A stretch of DNA of 64,000 nt from Octopus vulgaris (Eukaryota): the NCBI GenBank assembly GCA_951406725.2, contig OX597840.1, positions 31,620,001 to 31,684,000 of the forward strand, written 5' to 3'. The translations under genes and the position numbers were made by a program. This document shows positions 25,921 to 40,300 of this stretch, piece by piece. The first letter of the stretch is position 1; the number at the start of each line of letters is the position of its first letter. A model generated the notes under the pieces. It saw only the letters and a list, made by a program, of their open reading frames with translations, was not told the origin of the DNA and made no database searches.

Positions 25921-26036
25921 GTATGTACGTATATGTGTATATATGTATAAATATTTATATGCATATATACATACATACTTATCTATACTTATCTATGTGT
26001 ATACATCTATGTATATATATATGAATGTAGCTCTCC

Positions 26037-26076
<40 letters not shown>

Positions 26077-26188
26077 TCTCTCTATTTCTATCTCTGTGTA
26101 TCTATAATACAGACGTATATATTTATATATATATATATGTATGTGTGTGTACAACTACATACACACACATACACATATATGTACTTGC

Positions 26189-26222
<34 letters not shown>

Positions 26223-26690
26223 CGTCTCCACACATACACACACATATTCACACAAGGAAACACATGCACACAAAGATACACATGCACACACACACACACA
26301 CATATCATGCTCGCATAATGGATTACGGAACAGAACAGACATAAAACTAATCGTGTAGGTGGTGAACTAGACAGCGGAGCTGAGAAGTCTGACGAAGGTG
26401 ACGATGAGAAGGAAGATAAAGAAGGAAAAGAAAGATGAAAGAGGGGGAGAAGTTAGCGTGAAGCGAGCGTTTGTATGAATGTGCATTGCGTTGACATTCA
26501 CATGACTAATTACCGAGCTAAATAGAAACTCAAATACGCCATTTTCCGCAGAGCTGTTCTCTCCGTCTCGCACACTCCCCGAAGCTCGCTCGCATGCACA
26601 TTCGCCCATAGACACATGCTGACACACAGCCAGAACAACCAGAACAACCAGAACACACAAACACGCAAGTACACACTCGTACATATACGA
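25173..26690. repeat. Direct duplication of an about 465-bp complex segment (25173-25640 and 26219-26690)
   Basis: ATACGTCTCCACACATAC...CACTCGTACATATACG occurs twice with few differences. Confidence 0.92.
25644..25737. repeat. (GC)n tract of about 47 units
   Basis: Direct reading. Confidence 0.85.
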
Positions 26691-26779
26691 AACGCACGCA
26701 TACATGTGAAACAAGCATACACACACACAGGCACATTTATACATATATTCATTTCTACATAAATGCTTACATATATAAA

Positions 26780-26855
<76 letters not shown>

Positions 26856-26859
<4 letters not shown>

Positions 26860-27069
26860 GATAAATCAGAGAGCGAGTTATAAACAGTAGCGTAACACAT
26901 CGTGACGCATATTTGCCATTTGAATATGGCTAACCCCTAAGGGTGGATGCTACTGTAGTTTGTAGCCCCAGGAAGATATCTCCTCCAGCTGGCTGTGCCC
27001 TATCAGTATCTGTGAAGGGAAGTCGCATCCACCCTTAGGGGTTAGCCATATTCAAATGGCAAATATGCG

Positions 27070-27073
<4 letters not shown>
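26856..27073. mobile_element. Fold-back element, related subfamily (49-bp perfect inverted arms plus one-sided extension) in (TA)n
   Basis: Arms 26902-26950 and 27025-27073; inner TAGCCCCAGGAAG resembles TAGCCCTAGGAAG of the 51660 and 55830 elements. Confidence 0.7.
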
Positions 27074-27109
<36 letters not shown>

Positions 27110-27111
<2 letters not shown>

Positions 27112-27280
27112 CGCAGGAGTGGCTGTGTGGTAAGTAGCTTGCTAAAGAACCACATGGCTCCGGGTTCAGTCCCACTGCGTGGCATCTTGGGCAAGTGTCT
27201 TCAGCTATAGCCTCGGCCTGACCAAAGCCTTGTGAGTGGATTTGGTAGGCGGGAAACGGAAAGAAGCCAGTCGTATATAT

Positions 27281-27314
<34 letters not shown>

Positions 27315-27511
27315 ATATGTTTGTGTGTCTGTGTTTGTCTCTCTAGCATTGCTTGACAAACGATGCTGGTGTGTTTACGTTCCCGCCACTTAGCGGTTCG
27401 GCAAAAGAGACTGATAGAATAAGTACTGGGCTTACAAAGAATAAGTCCCGGTGTCGATTTGCTCGACTAAAGGCGGTGCTCCAGCATGGCCGCAGTCAAA
27501 ATGACTGAAAC
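27110..27511 (+). mobile_element. SINE family A, full length
   Basis: Family A sequence, followed by (CTAT)n. Confidence 0.9.
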
Positions 27512-27556
<45 letters not shown>

Positions 27557-27975
27557 ACTGTTTATGTCAGTCTGTTTATCTGTTTATCTATCTGTCTATC
27601 TGCACCTCCATATATATACACACGCATAGACACACAATATTAACGCATAAACACATAATATACAATACGCATAAACACATACAGTACACACACACACACA
27701 TCCGGTAGCCACGCACTCACATATCCTATACAACCTCGCGCACGCACGCACATATACACACGCCCACACACACACGTATATAAATACACGGAGCATATAT
27801 CACTCCACACAACACACGCAATTGTTTCTTATAAGCACACATACATATCATTCTATACGTACACACACCCATAGATTCACACAACCTTATGCACGCTCAC
27901 ATATACATACGCGCACGCTCGCCCACACACACATATACACTTACACACACCATTCTTACATACACACACACGCAC

Positions 27976-30735
27976 TTAAGTTAAGTTAAGTTAATTTTTT
28001 GGCTCAAAAAGCAAAAAGCAAGGCCATGTAGGGGGACATTGAGTTATGTACAGGGTGGTGTTCATTTAAAGAGTTCAGGCCATTTCTGGTCAAGAGAGAC
28101 TTTGAACCGAGCGGTCGTCGGCATCTTCACTATCTCGTCCGGCAGCTTATTCCATGAATCCGCAACCCGGACGGAGAAAGACCCTCTCTTTCGATTGAGA
28201 TGAAATCGTCGCAGATAGTGCTTTTCGGAGTGACCCCGCAGCCGACGCTCTGGAGCAGGAGTGAAGAACAGCTCTTTCGAGAGGTTACACTTTCCGCTTA
28301 TGATGTTGTGAGGCCATGTAGGGGGACAGTGAGTTATGTACAAGGTGGGTGTTCATGCAAAGAGTTCAGGCCATTTCTGGTCAAGAGAGACTTTGAACCG
28401 AGCGGTCGTCGGCATCTTCACTATCTCGTCCGGCAGCTTATTCCACGGATCCGCAACCTGGACGGAGAAAGCCCCTCTCTTTCGATTGAGATGAAATCGT
28501 CGCAGATAGTTCTTTTCGGAGTGACCCCGCAGCCGACGCTCTGGAGCAGGAGTGAAGAACAGCTCTTTCGAGAGGTTACACTTTCCGCTTATGATGTTGT
28601 GAGGCCATGTAGGGGGACAGGGAGTTATGTACAGGGTGGGTATTCATGCAAAGAGTTCAGGCCATTTCTGGTCAAGAGAGACTTTGAACCAAGCGGTCGT
28701 CTGCATCTTCACTATCTCGTCCGGCAGCTTATTCCACGGATCCGCAACCCGGATGGAGAAAGCCCCTCTCTTTCGATTGAGATGAAATCGTCGCAGATAG
28801 TGCTTTTCGGAGTGACCCCGCAGCCGACGCTCTGGAGCAGGAGTGAAGAACAGCTCTTTCGAGAGGTTACACTTTCCGCTTATGATGTTGTGAGGCCATG
28901 TAGGGGGACAGGGAGTTATGTACAGGGTGGGTGTTCATGTAAAGAGTTCAGGCCATTTCTGGTCAAGAGAGACTTTGAACCGAGCGGTCGTCGGCATCTT
29001 CACTATCTCGTCCGGCAGCTTATTCCACGGATCCCGCAACCCGGACGGAGAAAGCCCCTCTCTTTCGATTGAGATGAAATCGTCGCAGATAGTTCTTTTC
29101 GGAGTGACCCCGCAGCCGACGCTCTGGAGCAGGAGTGAAGAACAGCTCTTTCGAGAGGTTACACTTTCCGCTTATGATGTTGTGAGGCCATGTAGGGGGA
29201 CATTGAGTTATGTACAGGGTGGTGTTCATTTAAAGAGTTCAGGCCATTTCTGGTCAAGAGAGACTTTGAACCGAGCGGTCGTCGGCATCTTCACTATCTC
29301 GTCCGGCAGCTTATTCCATGGATCCGCAACCCGGACGGAGAAAGACCCTCTCTTTCGATTGAGATGAAATCGTCGCAGATAGTGCTTTTCGGAGTGACCC
29401 CGCAGCCGACGCTCTGGAGCAGGAGTGAAGAACAGCTCTTTCGAGAGGTTACACTTTCCGCTTATGATGTTGTGAGGCCATGTAGGGGGACAGTGAGTTA
29501 TGTACAAGGTGGGTGTTCATGCAAAGAGTTCAGGCCATTTCTGGTCAAGAGAGACTTTGAACCGAGCGGTCGTCGGCATCTTCACTATCTCGTCCGGCAG
29601 CTTATTCCACGGATCCCGCAACCTGGACGGAGAAAGCCCCTCTCTTTCGATTGAGATGAAATCGTCGCAGATAGTTCTTTTCGGAGTGACCCCGCAGCCG
29701 ACGCTCTGGAGCAGGAGTGAAGAACAGCTCTTTCGAGAGGTTACACTTTCCGCTTATGATGTTGTGAGGCCATGTAGGGGGACAGGGAGTTATGTACAGG
29801 GTGGGTGTTCATGCAAAGAGTTCAGGCCATTTCTGGTCAAGAGAGACTTTGAACCAAGCGGTCGTCTGCATCTTCACTATCTCGTCCGGCAGCTTATTCC
29901 ACGGATCCGCAACCCGGATGGAGAAAGCCCCTCTCTTTCGATTGAGATGAAATCGTCGCAGATAGTTCTTTTCGGAGTGACCCCGCAGCCGACGCTCTGG
30001 AGCAGGAGTGAAGAACAGCTCTTTCGAGAGGTTACACTTTCCGCTTATGATGTTGTGAGGCCATGTAGGGGGACAGGGAGTTATGTACAGGGTGGGTGTT
30101 CATGTAAAGAGTTCAGGCCATTTCTGGTCAAGAGAGACTTTGAACCGAGCGGTCGTCGGCATCTTCACTATCTCGTCCGGCAGCTTATTCCATGGATCCG
30201 CAACCCGGACGGAGAAAGCCCCTCTCTTTCGATTGAGATGAAATCGTCGCAGATAGTTCTTTTCGGAGTGACCCCGCAGCCGACGCTCTGGAGCAGGAGT
30301 GAAGAACAGCTCTTTCGAGAGGTTACACTTTCCGCTTATGATGTTGTGAGGCCATGTAGGGGGACAGGGAGTTATGTACAGGGTGGGTGTTCATGCAAAG
30401 AGTTCAGGCCATTTCTGGTCAAGAGAGACTTTGAACCGAGCGGTCGTCGGCATCTTCACTATCTCGTCCGGCAGCTTATTCCACGGATCCGCAACCTGGA
30501 CGGAGAAAGCCCCTCTCTTTCGATTGAGATGAAATCGTCGCAGATAGTGCTTTTCGGAGTGACCCCGCAGCCGACGCTCTGGAGCAGGAATGAAGAACAG
30601 CTCTTTCGAGAGGTTACACTTTCCGCTTATGATGTTGTGAGCAAGAGTGAGATCACCACGGCGTCGTCGTTTTCCTAGAGAATAAAGGTCGAGCGTTTTC
30701 GGCCTTTCTTCATAAGACAAATGCTTATAAGACAA
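27976..30735 (-). mobile_element. CR1-clade LINE 3' end with the last about 291 bp amplified 9 times in tandem
   Basis: ORF 30391-30735: LSYEER..LDLYSL.KRRRRGDL...RLRGHS...FSV.VA..WNKLP (CR1 ORF2 C-terminus); (AACTT)n tail at 27976-27993; unit starts near 28021, 28311, 28602, 28893, 29185, 29475, 29767, 30058, 30349. Confidence 0.9.
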
Positions 30736-30836
30736 ATGCTTGCACGGTCCAGTTTAATGAAGCCACTGTTATTTCTCTTTCTATTGGTGTCTTCCTTCCG
30801 GTCAGTTCCACATGTAGAACCATTAATCCTGACACA

Positions 30837-30840
<4 letters not shown>

Positions 30841-30904
<64 letters not shown>
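30841..30904. repeat. (CT)n microsatellite
   Basis: Direct reading. Confidence 0.95.
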
Positions 30905-30906
<2 letters not shown>

Positions 30907-31042
30907 TTTTTCTCTCCACGTTTTCCTTATTCTTTTCTGTCGAAGTGCTTAAGCTCGAACTGTCAAAGACAAATTAATTTACTCTTTTGTTTCTCCTTCG
31001 CCTGTCCCTGTCTTTCGTTTTCTGTACATTTGAACCATACAT

Positions 31043-31369
31043 ATGGCTTAGTGGTTAGAACGTCGAGTTTCCGATCGTGAGGTTGTGAGTTCGAATCCCG
31101 AACCGGATTGCGTGTTGTGTTCTTGAGCAAGAAACTTTATATCACGTTGCTCCAGTTCACTCAGCTGTAGAAATGAGTTGTGACATCACAGGTGCCAAGC
31201 TGTTTCGGCCCCTTTTACCTTTCCATTGTATAACACTAGTGGCGTGGAAAAGGGAGGCCGGTATGCATGGGCGACTGCTGGTCTTCCATAAACAACCTTG
31301 CCCGGACTTGTACCTGGGAAGGTAACTTTCTAGGTGCAATCCCATGGTCTGTGTCGTGACCGAAGGGGG

Positions 31370-31373
<4 letters not shown>
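31043..31373 (+). mobile_element. SINE family D (tRNA head plus CORE-like domain)
   Basis: A-box TGGCTTAGTGGTTAG; B-box GAGTTCGAATCCC; GTTGTGTTCTTGAGCAAG...CTCCAGTTCACTCAGCTGTAGAAATGAG; tail GTCGTGACCGAAGGGG resembles the family C end. Confidence 0.8.
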
Positions 31374-31415
<42 letters not shown>

Positions 31416-31793
31416 GAAGGTTTGAAAATGCAATTTAAAAAAAATGTTTATTCACTTGACCGGTTTTACTTTTTTAGAAAAAGATTGTCAAAAGTAAAAT
31501 GTAAAGCTTTGTATAAGCTTTGTTATGTTAAGTACTAGTTGTCACAAAATATTACAATACATATATACATTCTTTGATAATAATAAGAACATGTTAAAAA
31601 CAGTTTACAAGTAAATATTTTATTTTATTTTTCATTTTATTTTATCTAGTTTCAGCTCATGAGCTGTGGCCATGAGAAAATGTTAAAAAGTTCATTAAAA
31701 ATAGTAGGATTTCATTAAAAATCCTGTTTGTTTGGAAGTATCTATATATATATACACAGAAAATTATAAGCTAAAAAATGTTCATATTTGGTA

Positions 31794-31927
<134 letters not shown>

Positions 31928-32576
31928 CACAGAAGGAGATATATTTAGGAGTGTACAAAGAATTTGAGATGAACTGACCTGTTTTAGCATCTTTCGCTTT
32001 CTGACAGAAATAAGAAAATTTCTCTCCCTCCAGCATAGCTCCCTGGGTCAATAGAGCCCACAACCATTTCCTTGCGACAGGGTACTTGTTGAATTGGCCG
32101 TTGGCTACACAGTAGTTCTTCCGCCCTTTGACGGGCCTTAGTTTTCGTCCAGTAGGATGTCCAACAATCACCCTCACCAAGCAAGCTTGAAGGGATTGCC
32201 AATTTATCCACTCACAAGGCTTTGGTCGCTCCGAGTCTATAACAAAAAACAGAAGGCATAACACATAAGGCACCACGTAGTGGGATTGAACCGGGAGCCA
32301 TGTGGTTGTAAAACAGCCAGAATCACAACCGATAAAAAAAATCAGGATTCAATCTTCCATTGAAGGATGCTAGCTGCTTTCGGGGAACAAAAGGGGATAC
32401 ACAAGAGCATTACCTGCAAAAAGGTCCTATAGTCATCTACGTAAGTTGCTGCTGTTGTTGTTGTTGTTGTTGTTAAGCAACAAGACGGGTAAGGGTGATT
32501 AGGTGATGGTCTAGGGCTTAGGGGCGGGAGACCCTAGACCTTAGAAAAGAAAACTTTGGTCGTCTTGTTGTAGTCG

Positions 32577-32851
32577 AGGGCTCTTCGCTGGCGCCCGACA
32601 TCACTGGGAGGTGGCCCTCGAAGTCGCTGGAAATAGAGATCTCCAGGGCTCTTTGTTGACGCCCGACACCACTGGGAGGTGGCCCTCGAAGTCGCTGGAA
32701 ATAGAGATCTCCAGGGCTCTTTGTTGACGCCCGACACCACTGGGAGGTGGCCCTCGAAGTCGCTGGAAATGGAGATCTCCAGGGCTCTTTGTTGACGCCC
32801 GACACCACTGGGAGGTGGCCCTCGAAGTCGCTGGAAATAGAGATCTCCAGG
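32577..32851. repeat. 68-bp GC-rich minisatellite, about 4 copies
   Basis: CTCCAGG recurs at 32641, 32709, 32777 and 32845. Confidence 0.92.
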
Positions 32852-32874
32852 TTCAAATTCTTGAACGGCTACGA

Positions 32875-33202
32875 AAGTTGCTGTGAAATGCTGGCCAACA
32901 AACTGAAATCAGCAATTCACATCAAATGCTGAGGTCCGTTGACACGCCCACACTGTTGAAACCAGTTCTTTACGAAGTCAATGGTTTACACGGACGAGGA
33001 AGCGTAAGAGGCCGTGATTAAATGGCCGAGCGACTAACCGAAAAGTTTCTCCGATGTAACAAGTAAGCTTGCTGACCGCTTGAAAGAGTACATGAGAGAG
33101 CAAGGACATTAACTCGAAAAATGATGTAATTACTCAAATATCCGCCATTATTTAATTAAATTACAACACCAAGAGTGCATATAATTTTTAGTTCACCCTC
33201 GT
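32875..33202 (+). pseudogene. Mariner transposase C-terminal remnant with right TIR
   Basis: Translates with shifts as EMLANKLKSAI...RPH...DEEA*EAVIKW...KLADRLKEYMREQGH*LEK*, resembling the ..W.KC....G.Y.EK end of mariners; terminates in CCCTCG-TA. Confidence 0.7.
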
Positions 33203-34610
<1,408 letters not shown>

Positions 34611-34727
34611 GTATATTCTCCGATAATACGAAAGCTTTTACGAAGTAGAAAATAATATGTATAAACTGCCACTGAATGTGAATATTTAGTAAAATTATTA
34701 GAAGTCATGTATTCAAATTTATAATAA

Positions 34728-35116
34728 TACAGTATTGCCCAGCATTGCTCGGGTTCGTTTCGAACTTTTAGAATTGGAATTTTTGAAAAGTAAAAGTTTT
34801 GCCTTATGTAGCTTGTTATTCTCTTTAAGTGAACATTTATCTGGTTGAAATACACCGAAAAATGGCGACACAGCAGTCAAAAAATCGTAACAAAACGGGT
34901 TTTCATAGAAAAAAAGCACCTTTTTGATGTAAATAATTTTTGGTGTTAACATGGTCCGATTTGAATTTTATCTGCTACGGAATGAAGAGCAAACCTTCTT
35001 CTATCATACTCTCAATTTTGGTCAACTTGCGCCGCAGGGTCTCGGAAGAGAGAGTGTTAGTTGAAGGCTACCAAACGTGCCACACACAGACAACTTCAGC
35101 TTGATATATAGATAGA
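34728..35116 (-). mobile_element. Non-autonomous Helitron-like element
   Basis: Minus strand starts A|TCTATCTATATA and has a subterminal hairpin CCCGAGCAATGCTGGG a few bases from the end; terminal CTRR is degenerate. Confidence 0.6.
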
Positions 35117-35924
35117 TTTGTTGATAATTTCACTTCAGTTACTGTTTGTTGTATTTGAACGGCAGTTTCTCATATCTAATCCTGTTATGCATCATTCAAT
35201 ACCCTACCATCTCTGATTGAAATCAATGGCTTGTTTTTTTAAACTCCCTTTAGGATCCAGTTAGCTCAAGACATTATCAGGAGGAACCACGTCCGGTTTT
35301 GGCCCCTACTCCTCTACCGTTTTGACGTGCCCCCCCCCCCCCCGCTTACGGAGGTGTCTTCAGCTCTGATGTTGGGTGCATATCTTCTTTCTTCTGTTCC
35401 CTGGCCTCTTTGATGTAGCGTCAATGAGTGTCACACGGCGACTCACTGACTTGTCAATTTTTTTCCCTTTAAATACCTACCGTTAGGCTCCAGCAGGCAG
35501 CCCCAGCAAGTTAAACGTCTTCTATATTATTCCAGTTAGAATGGACAGTAAAATTTTAAATTATGGAATATGGAACTTTACAGAGTTCGAGGCAGCCGTG
35601 AATTTAGAATTGAAGAGGGGAGCGAAGATGTCAAACAGATATATAGAAAGATAATTGAAGTGAGAAAAGATGAGTGAATTTGGCTAGACGGAAAGAGTTA
35701 AATTAAGTAGGCGTAATAGGTGCGTCAGTTTTATGCGGCTAATTCCGTTAACAAAATTCAAAAGACGTAATGTAGTTTTCTGATATACGTTAAATTAAAT
35801 TAAATGGCTGTAAGAAAAAACATCCGTTTAATGTGGTTGAGACTTGTGTTGAGAGGCTCAAGAAAACACGTTTAGATTTGTGATAGAAGTTAAATAAGTT
35901 TGAAGTAAGTCAGATCAGTGTAGG

Positions 35925-36790
35925 AATCTCTCGTGGAGGCGCCATCCAACCAAAATCTCATACCTTTAAATACTCGCCTCCTTATGAGAGCTCAAAATCT
36001 CTCGTGGAAGCGTCATCCAACCAAAATGCAAATATATGGGAAACTACCACCTGTGTCATCTCTTGTGAAAGGTAGGAGAGTCCAATTTGCTGGACATTGT
36101 TGTAGAGCTGAAAAAGAAGTAATTTCTACTCTTCTCCTCTGGAAGCCATCTACTCGCAATACCAGAGGGCGCACACTCTTCGAGAGGCAGTTGGATGGAA
36201 CCTACACTCGCCTCCTTATGAGAGCTCAAAATCTCTCGTGGAAGCGTCATCCAACCAAAATGCAAGTATATGGGAAACTACCACCTGTGTCATCTCTTGT
36301 GAAAGGTATGAGAGTCCAGTTTGCTGGACATTGTTGTAGAGCTGAAAAAGAAGTAATTTCTACTCTTCTTCTCTGGAAGCCATCTACTCGCAATACCAGA
36401 GGGCGCACACTCTTCGAGAGGCAGTTGGATGGAACCTACACTCGCCTCCTTATGAGAGCTCAAAATCTCTCGCGGAAGCGCCATCCAACCAAAATGCAAA
36501 TATATGGGAAACTACCACCTGTGTCATCTCTTGTGAAAGGTGGGAGAGTCCAGTTTGCTGGACATTGTTGTAGAGCTGAAAAAGAAGTCATTTCTACTCT
36601 TCTCCTCTGGAAGCCATCTACTCACAACACCAGAGGGCGCACACTCTCCTACCCTGATGTAATCTCCAGGGATACAGGCATCCAGCAACAGGACCTCCGT
36701 AATGCTATGATGGAACGTGAAGTCTGGCGCAACATGGTAAATTCCATTGTCTCGACCACGGTCGAACAATGATGAATGATGATGATGATG
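35925..36790 (+). mobile_element. RTE-type LINE 3' end with a 234-bp segment in 3 tandem copies and (GAT)n tail
   Basis: LDGTYTRLLMRAQNLSW..H.T....YG.LP.VS.....RR..FAGHC.R post-RT motif; units at 35973, 36207, 36441. Confidence 0.88.
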
Positions 36791-36894
36791 TAGGAAGCGA
36801 ATTCAGTTTATGTGAGCGGAACATGCATTGAGGGATTCAAAGAACTGCATTTGGTTTTGCGATAAAACCAGAATGCTTTTTCAAATAATCTCTT

Positions 36895-37108
36895 TGCTTT
36901 TTTTACTTGTTTCAAGTCATTTGACTGTGGTCACACTGGAGCACCGCCTTTTAGTCGAGCAAATAGACCGCAGGACCTTACTCTTTGTAAGCCTAGTACT
37001 TATTCTATCGGTCTCTTTTGCCGAACCGCTAAGTTAAGGGGACGTAAACACACCAGCATCGGTTGTCAAGCGATGTTGGGGGAACAAACACAAGACACAC
37101 AAACATAT

Positions 37109-37205
<97 letters not shown>

Positions 37206-37370
37206 TCGATGGGCTTCTTTCAGTTTCCGTCTACCAAATCCACTCACAAGGCTTTGGTCGGCCCGAGGCTATAGCAGAAGACACTCACCCAAGGTGCCAC
37301 GCAGTGGGACTGAACCCGGAACCATGTGGTTCGTAAGCAAGCTACTTACCACACAGCCACTCCTACGCCT
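36895..37370 (-). mobile_element. SINE family A, full length
   Basis: Reverse complement of family A. Confidence 0.9.
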
Positions 37371-37505
37371 AAATGTGTATACATGTAGTAAAGGCTACGT
37401 GTTGTTAATTCAATAGCAGTAATGGATTATATAATACGGTTCCTTTACGTTATTTTTAGACGAACCAACAAAGGGCATTTTTGCGCCGGTATGAAACATC
37501 GGTAA

Positions 37506-37738
37506 GGCGGCGAGCTGGCAGAAACGTTAGCACGCCGAGCGAAATGCGTAGCCGTATTTCGTCTACCGTTACGTTCTGAGTTCAAATTCCGCCGAGATCG
37601 ACTATGCCTTTCATCCTTTCGGGGGTCGATTAAATAAGTACCAGTTACGCACTGGGATCGATGTAATCGACTTAATCCGTTTGTCTGTCCTTGTTTGTCC
37701 CCTCTGTGTGTAGCCCCTTGAGGGCAGTAAAGAAATAG
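37506..37738 (+). mobile_element. SINE family B monomer
   Basis: Family B sequence; degenerate TSD starting GGTAT. Confidence 0.9.
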
Positions 37739-37938
37739 GTATTAAATACCGGTGTGTATGATAAACTGAGCAATATTACTGCTTTCTTAAAGTTATGTAT
37801 ATGGTTAACGAGCGAGGGAGATTTATTGAGCTTATAAGATTTTAAGGAACTCACAAAACTCATCAGGAAATTGGAAAAAATATTATATTTATTATGAAAT
37901 AATATCGATTGTAATTCGCTTTTTATATACTTCAGTCT

Positions 37939-38419
37939 ATGTAAACATTTAAAAATATGTTTCTTGCTTAAAATATTGAGTATTTTGGAATGAGCTATAT
38001 ATATATATATATTTAGCGTTATAAACACATCGCTTTTTCAACTACCAAACATACACAGAGAAAGCTGTAGAGTTCTTGTATGTAAACATTTAAAAATATA
38101 TTTATTGCTTAAAATATTGAGTATTTTGGAATGAGCTATATATATATATTTAGCATTATAAACACATAGCTTTTTCAACTACCGAACATACACAGAGAAA
38201 GCTGTAGAGTTCTTGTATGTAAACATTTAAAAATATATTTATTGCTTAAAATATTGAGTATTTTGGAATGAGCTATATATATATATATATATATATTTAG
38301 CGTTATAAACACATCGCTTTTTCAACTACCGAACATACACAGAGAAAGCTGTAGAGTTCTTGTATGTAAACATTTAAAAATATATTTATTGCTTAAAATA
38401 TTGAGTATTTTGGAATGAG

Positions 38420-38471
<52 letters not shown>

Positions 38472-38534
38472 CGTTATAAACACATCGCTTTTTCAACTAC
38501 CAAACATACCCAGAGAAAGCTGTAGGGTTCTTGT
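37939..38534. repeat. About 140-bp tandem repeat, 4 copies, with a variable internal (TA)n
   Basis: ATGTAAACATTTAAAAATAT...GAGC(TA)n...GAGAAAGCTGTAG repeated. Confidence 0.92.
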
Positions 38535-39001
38535 CTGCCTAGCTTATGAAGGAGACTTTATGATTCAGTTAATATTCAAGGCAATTTTTCAGGTAGCATT
38601 ATAATATACTCCTACTTTTTATGCTACTCGCTTCACATTTTACTTTGGCTCAGGGAAAGAAAGCTTTCGATAAATAATTTACATCAACGTTACAGGTATG
38701 TTTAGTCTTGCGATTAAAGTCTGTTATACATACCAGTCATAACAAGCGTAAACTGTTTCACAAAAACATTGTCAAGGTCAGTTATATCTGAATCAGAAAC
38801 ATTGGCGATATCATATGAAAAACATCGGCAGGTCTAATGTTGAGAACGTTTTTTCTTGATATACAATACGTAAATATTATGAGAAAAACGGAAAATAATA
38901 GCGCAGAATCCCTAGCCACTGAATGCTAAAAAAAACCCCATTACCGTTGGAAACAATTTCTTTGTTCATATTTCATCCGACACTTGCCGATAAGCGCACT
39001 A

Positions 39002-39032
<31 letters not shown>

Positions 39033-39278
39033 GGATATGGATATATCTATATAACAATACACAAACACACACACACACATATATATAATGTATGTATATA
39101 TTTATGAAGGCAGAGGGAGGGGCTACTTTCAGTGAGGGAATGTATTCAATTTTCAATAAATATGATTAAAATCATTTAATATACTCAATGTACTGGCTGC
39201 TTGTTTTGGTTAGAGTTACACGCAAATATACATACTTACATGTATGTATATGAGTACAGATATATACATATGTATTTG

Positions 39279-39345
<67 letters not shown>

Positions 39346-39403
39346 GTATATACATATGTATGTATAGCATATGTATGTATAGACACAGACATATATATGC
39401 ATG

Positions 39404-39455
<52 letters not shown>

Positions 39456-39467
39456 TATACATATACT

Positions 39468-39517
<50 letters not shown>

Positions 39518-39914
39518 TATATATATATATATGTATATATGTACGTATATTGATAGTCATATAGTTTTCCAAATGTATTTTAAATTATGTCATGCCAAAC
39601 TTCTGCATTACACGAGCAGAGACCTACAGAGAATTATATAAAGAAATCTCTTTCCTTCACGCTCTCACCTTGTATACTTATGTGTGTTCTCTCCTGTTTT
39701 TAAGTATCTAAATTCTTCTTCTGACGAAGAAACTGATTTCTAACAAAGGTGCAAAGTTGTATATTTGGAATATAGATAACAAAAATGTCACTTTGTAGAC
39801 TTGGGAAAAGTCATGCATACTTTTACTCTTCCACTTACAGATTCTGTTCATAATTTTCGAGACAGTTGGTGGATTTTTCTTTTTTTGAAAATGCAAGCTT
39901 ATTCATATTGGCCT

Positions 39915-39988
39915 ATAGTCTCCACGGCCCGATCAAAGCCTTGTGAGTGGATTTAGCAGACGGAACCTGAAGGAACCACGCCGTATGC

Positions 39989-40020
<32 letters not shown>

Positions 40021-40140
40021 CTTCGTGTCTATGCTTGTCCCCCATCCCGACGTCGCTAAACAACCGGTGTTAGTGTGTTTACGTCTCCGTAACTTAGCGG
40101 TCCGGCAAAAGTGACCGATAGAATGAGTAGAAGGTTTCAA
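39915..40140 (+). mobile_element. Old SINE A fragment
   Basis: GCCTTGTGAGTGGATTT...AACTTAGCGG...GACCGATAGAAT. Confidence 0.7.
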
Positions 40141-40159
40141 ACAATTCTATAATGACCTT

Positions 40160-40270
40160 CACGTGTCTGTGGAGTGCTCAGCCACTTACACGTTAATTTC
40201 ACGAGCAGGCTGTTCCGTTGATTCGGATCAACCGGAACCCTCATCGTCGTTACCGACGGAGTGCTTCCAT
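40160..40270 (+). mobile_element. SINE C 3' fragment
   Basis: CACGTGTCTGTGGAGTGCTC...GGAGTGCTTCCA. Confidence 0.88.
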
Positions 40271-40300
40271 CCATAGACCCCTAAAAATCCTCCGGCGATT

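Noticed and set aside
28200-30678. Long plus-strand ORFs (290 and 392 aa) with 97-aa repeats
   Set aside because: They are antisense to the CR1 ORF2 end; their length follows from the unit being a multiple of 3
32577-32851. CRISPR-like appearance of short tandem repeats (also 62926-63030)
   Set aside because: No unique spacers, no cas genes, eukaryotic context
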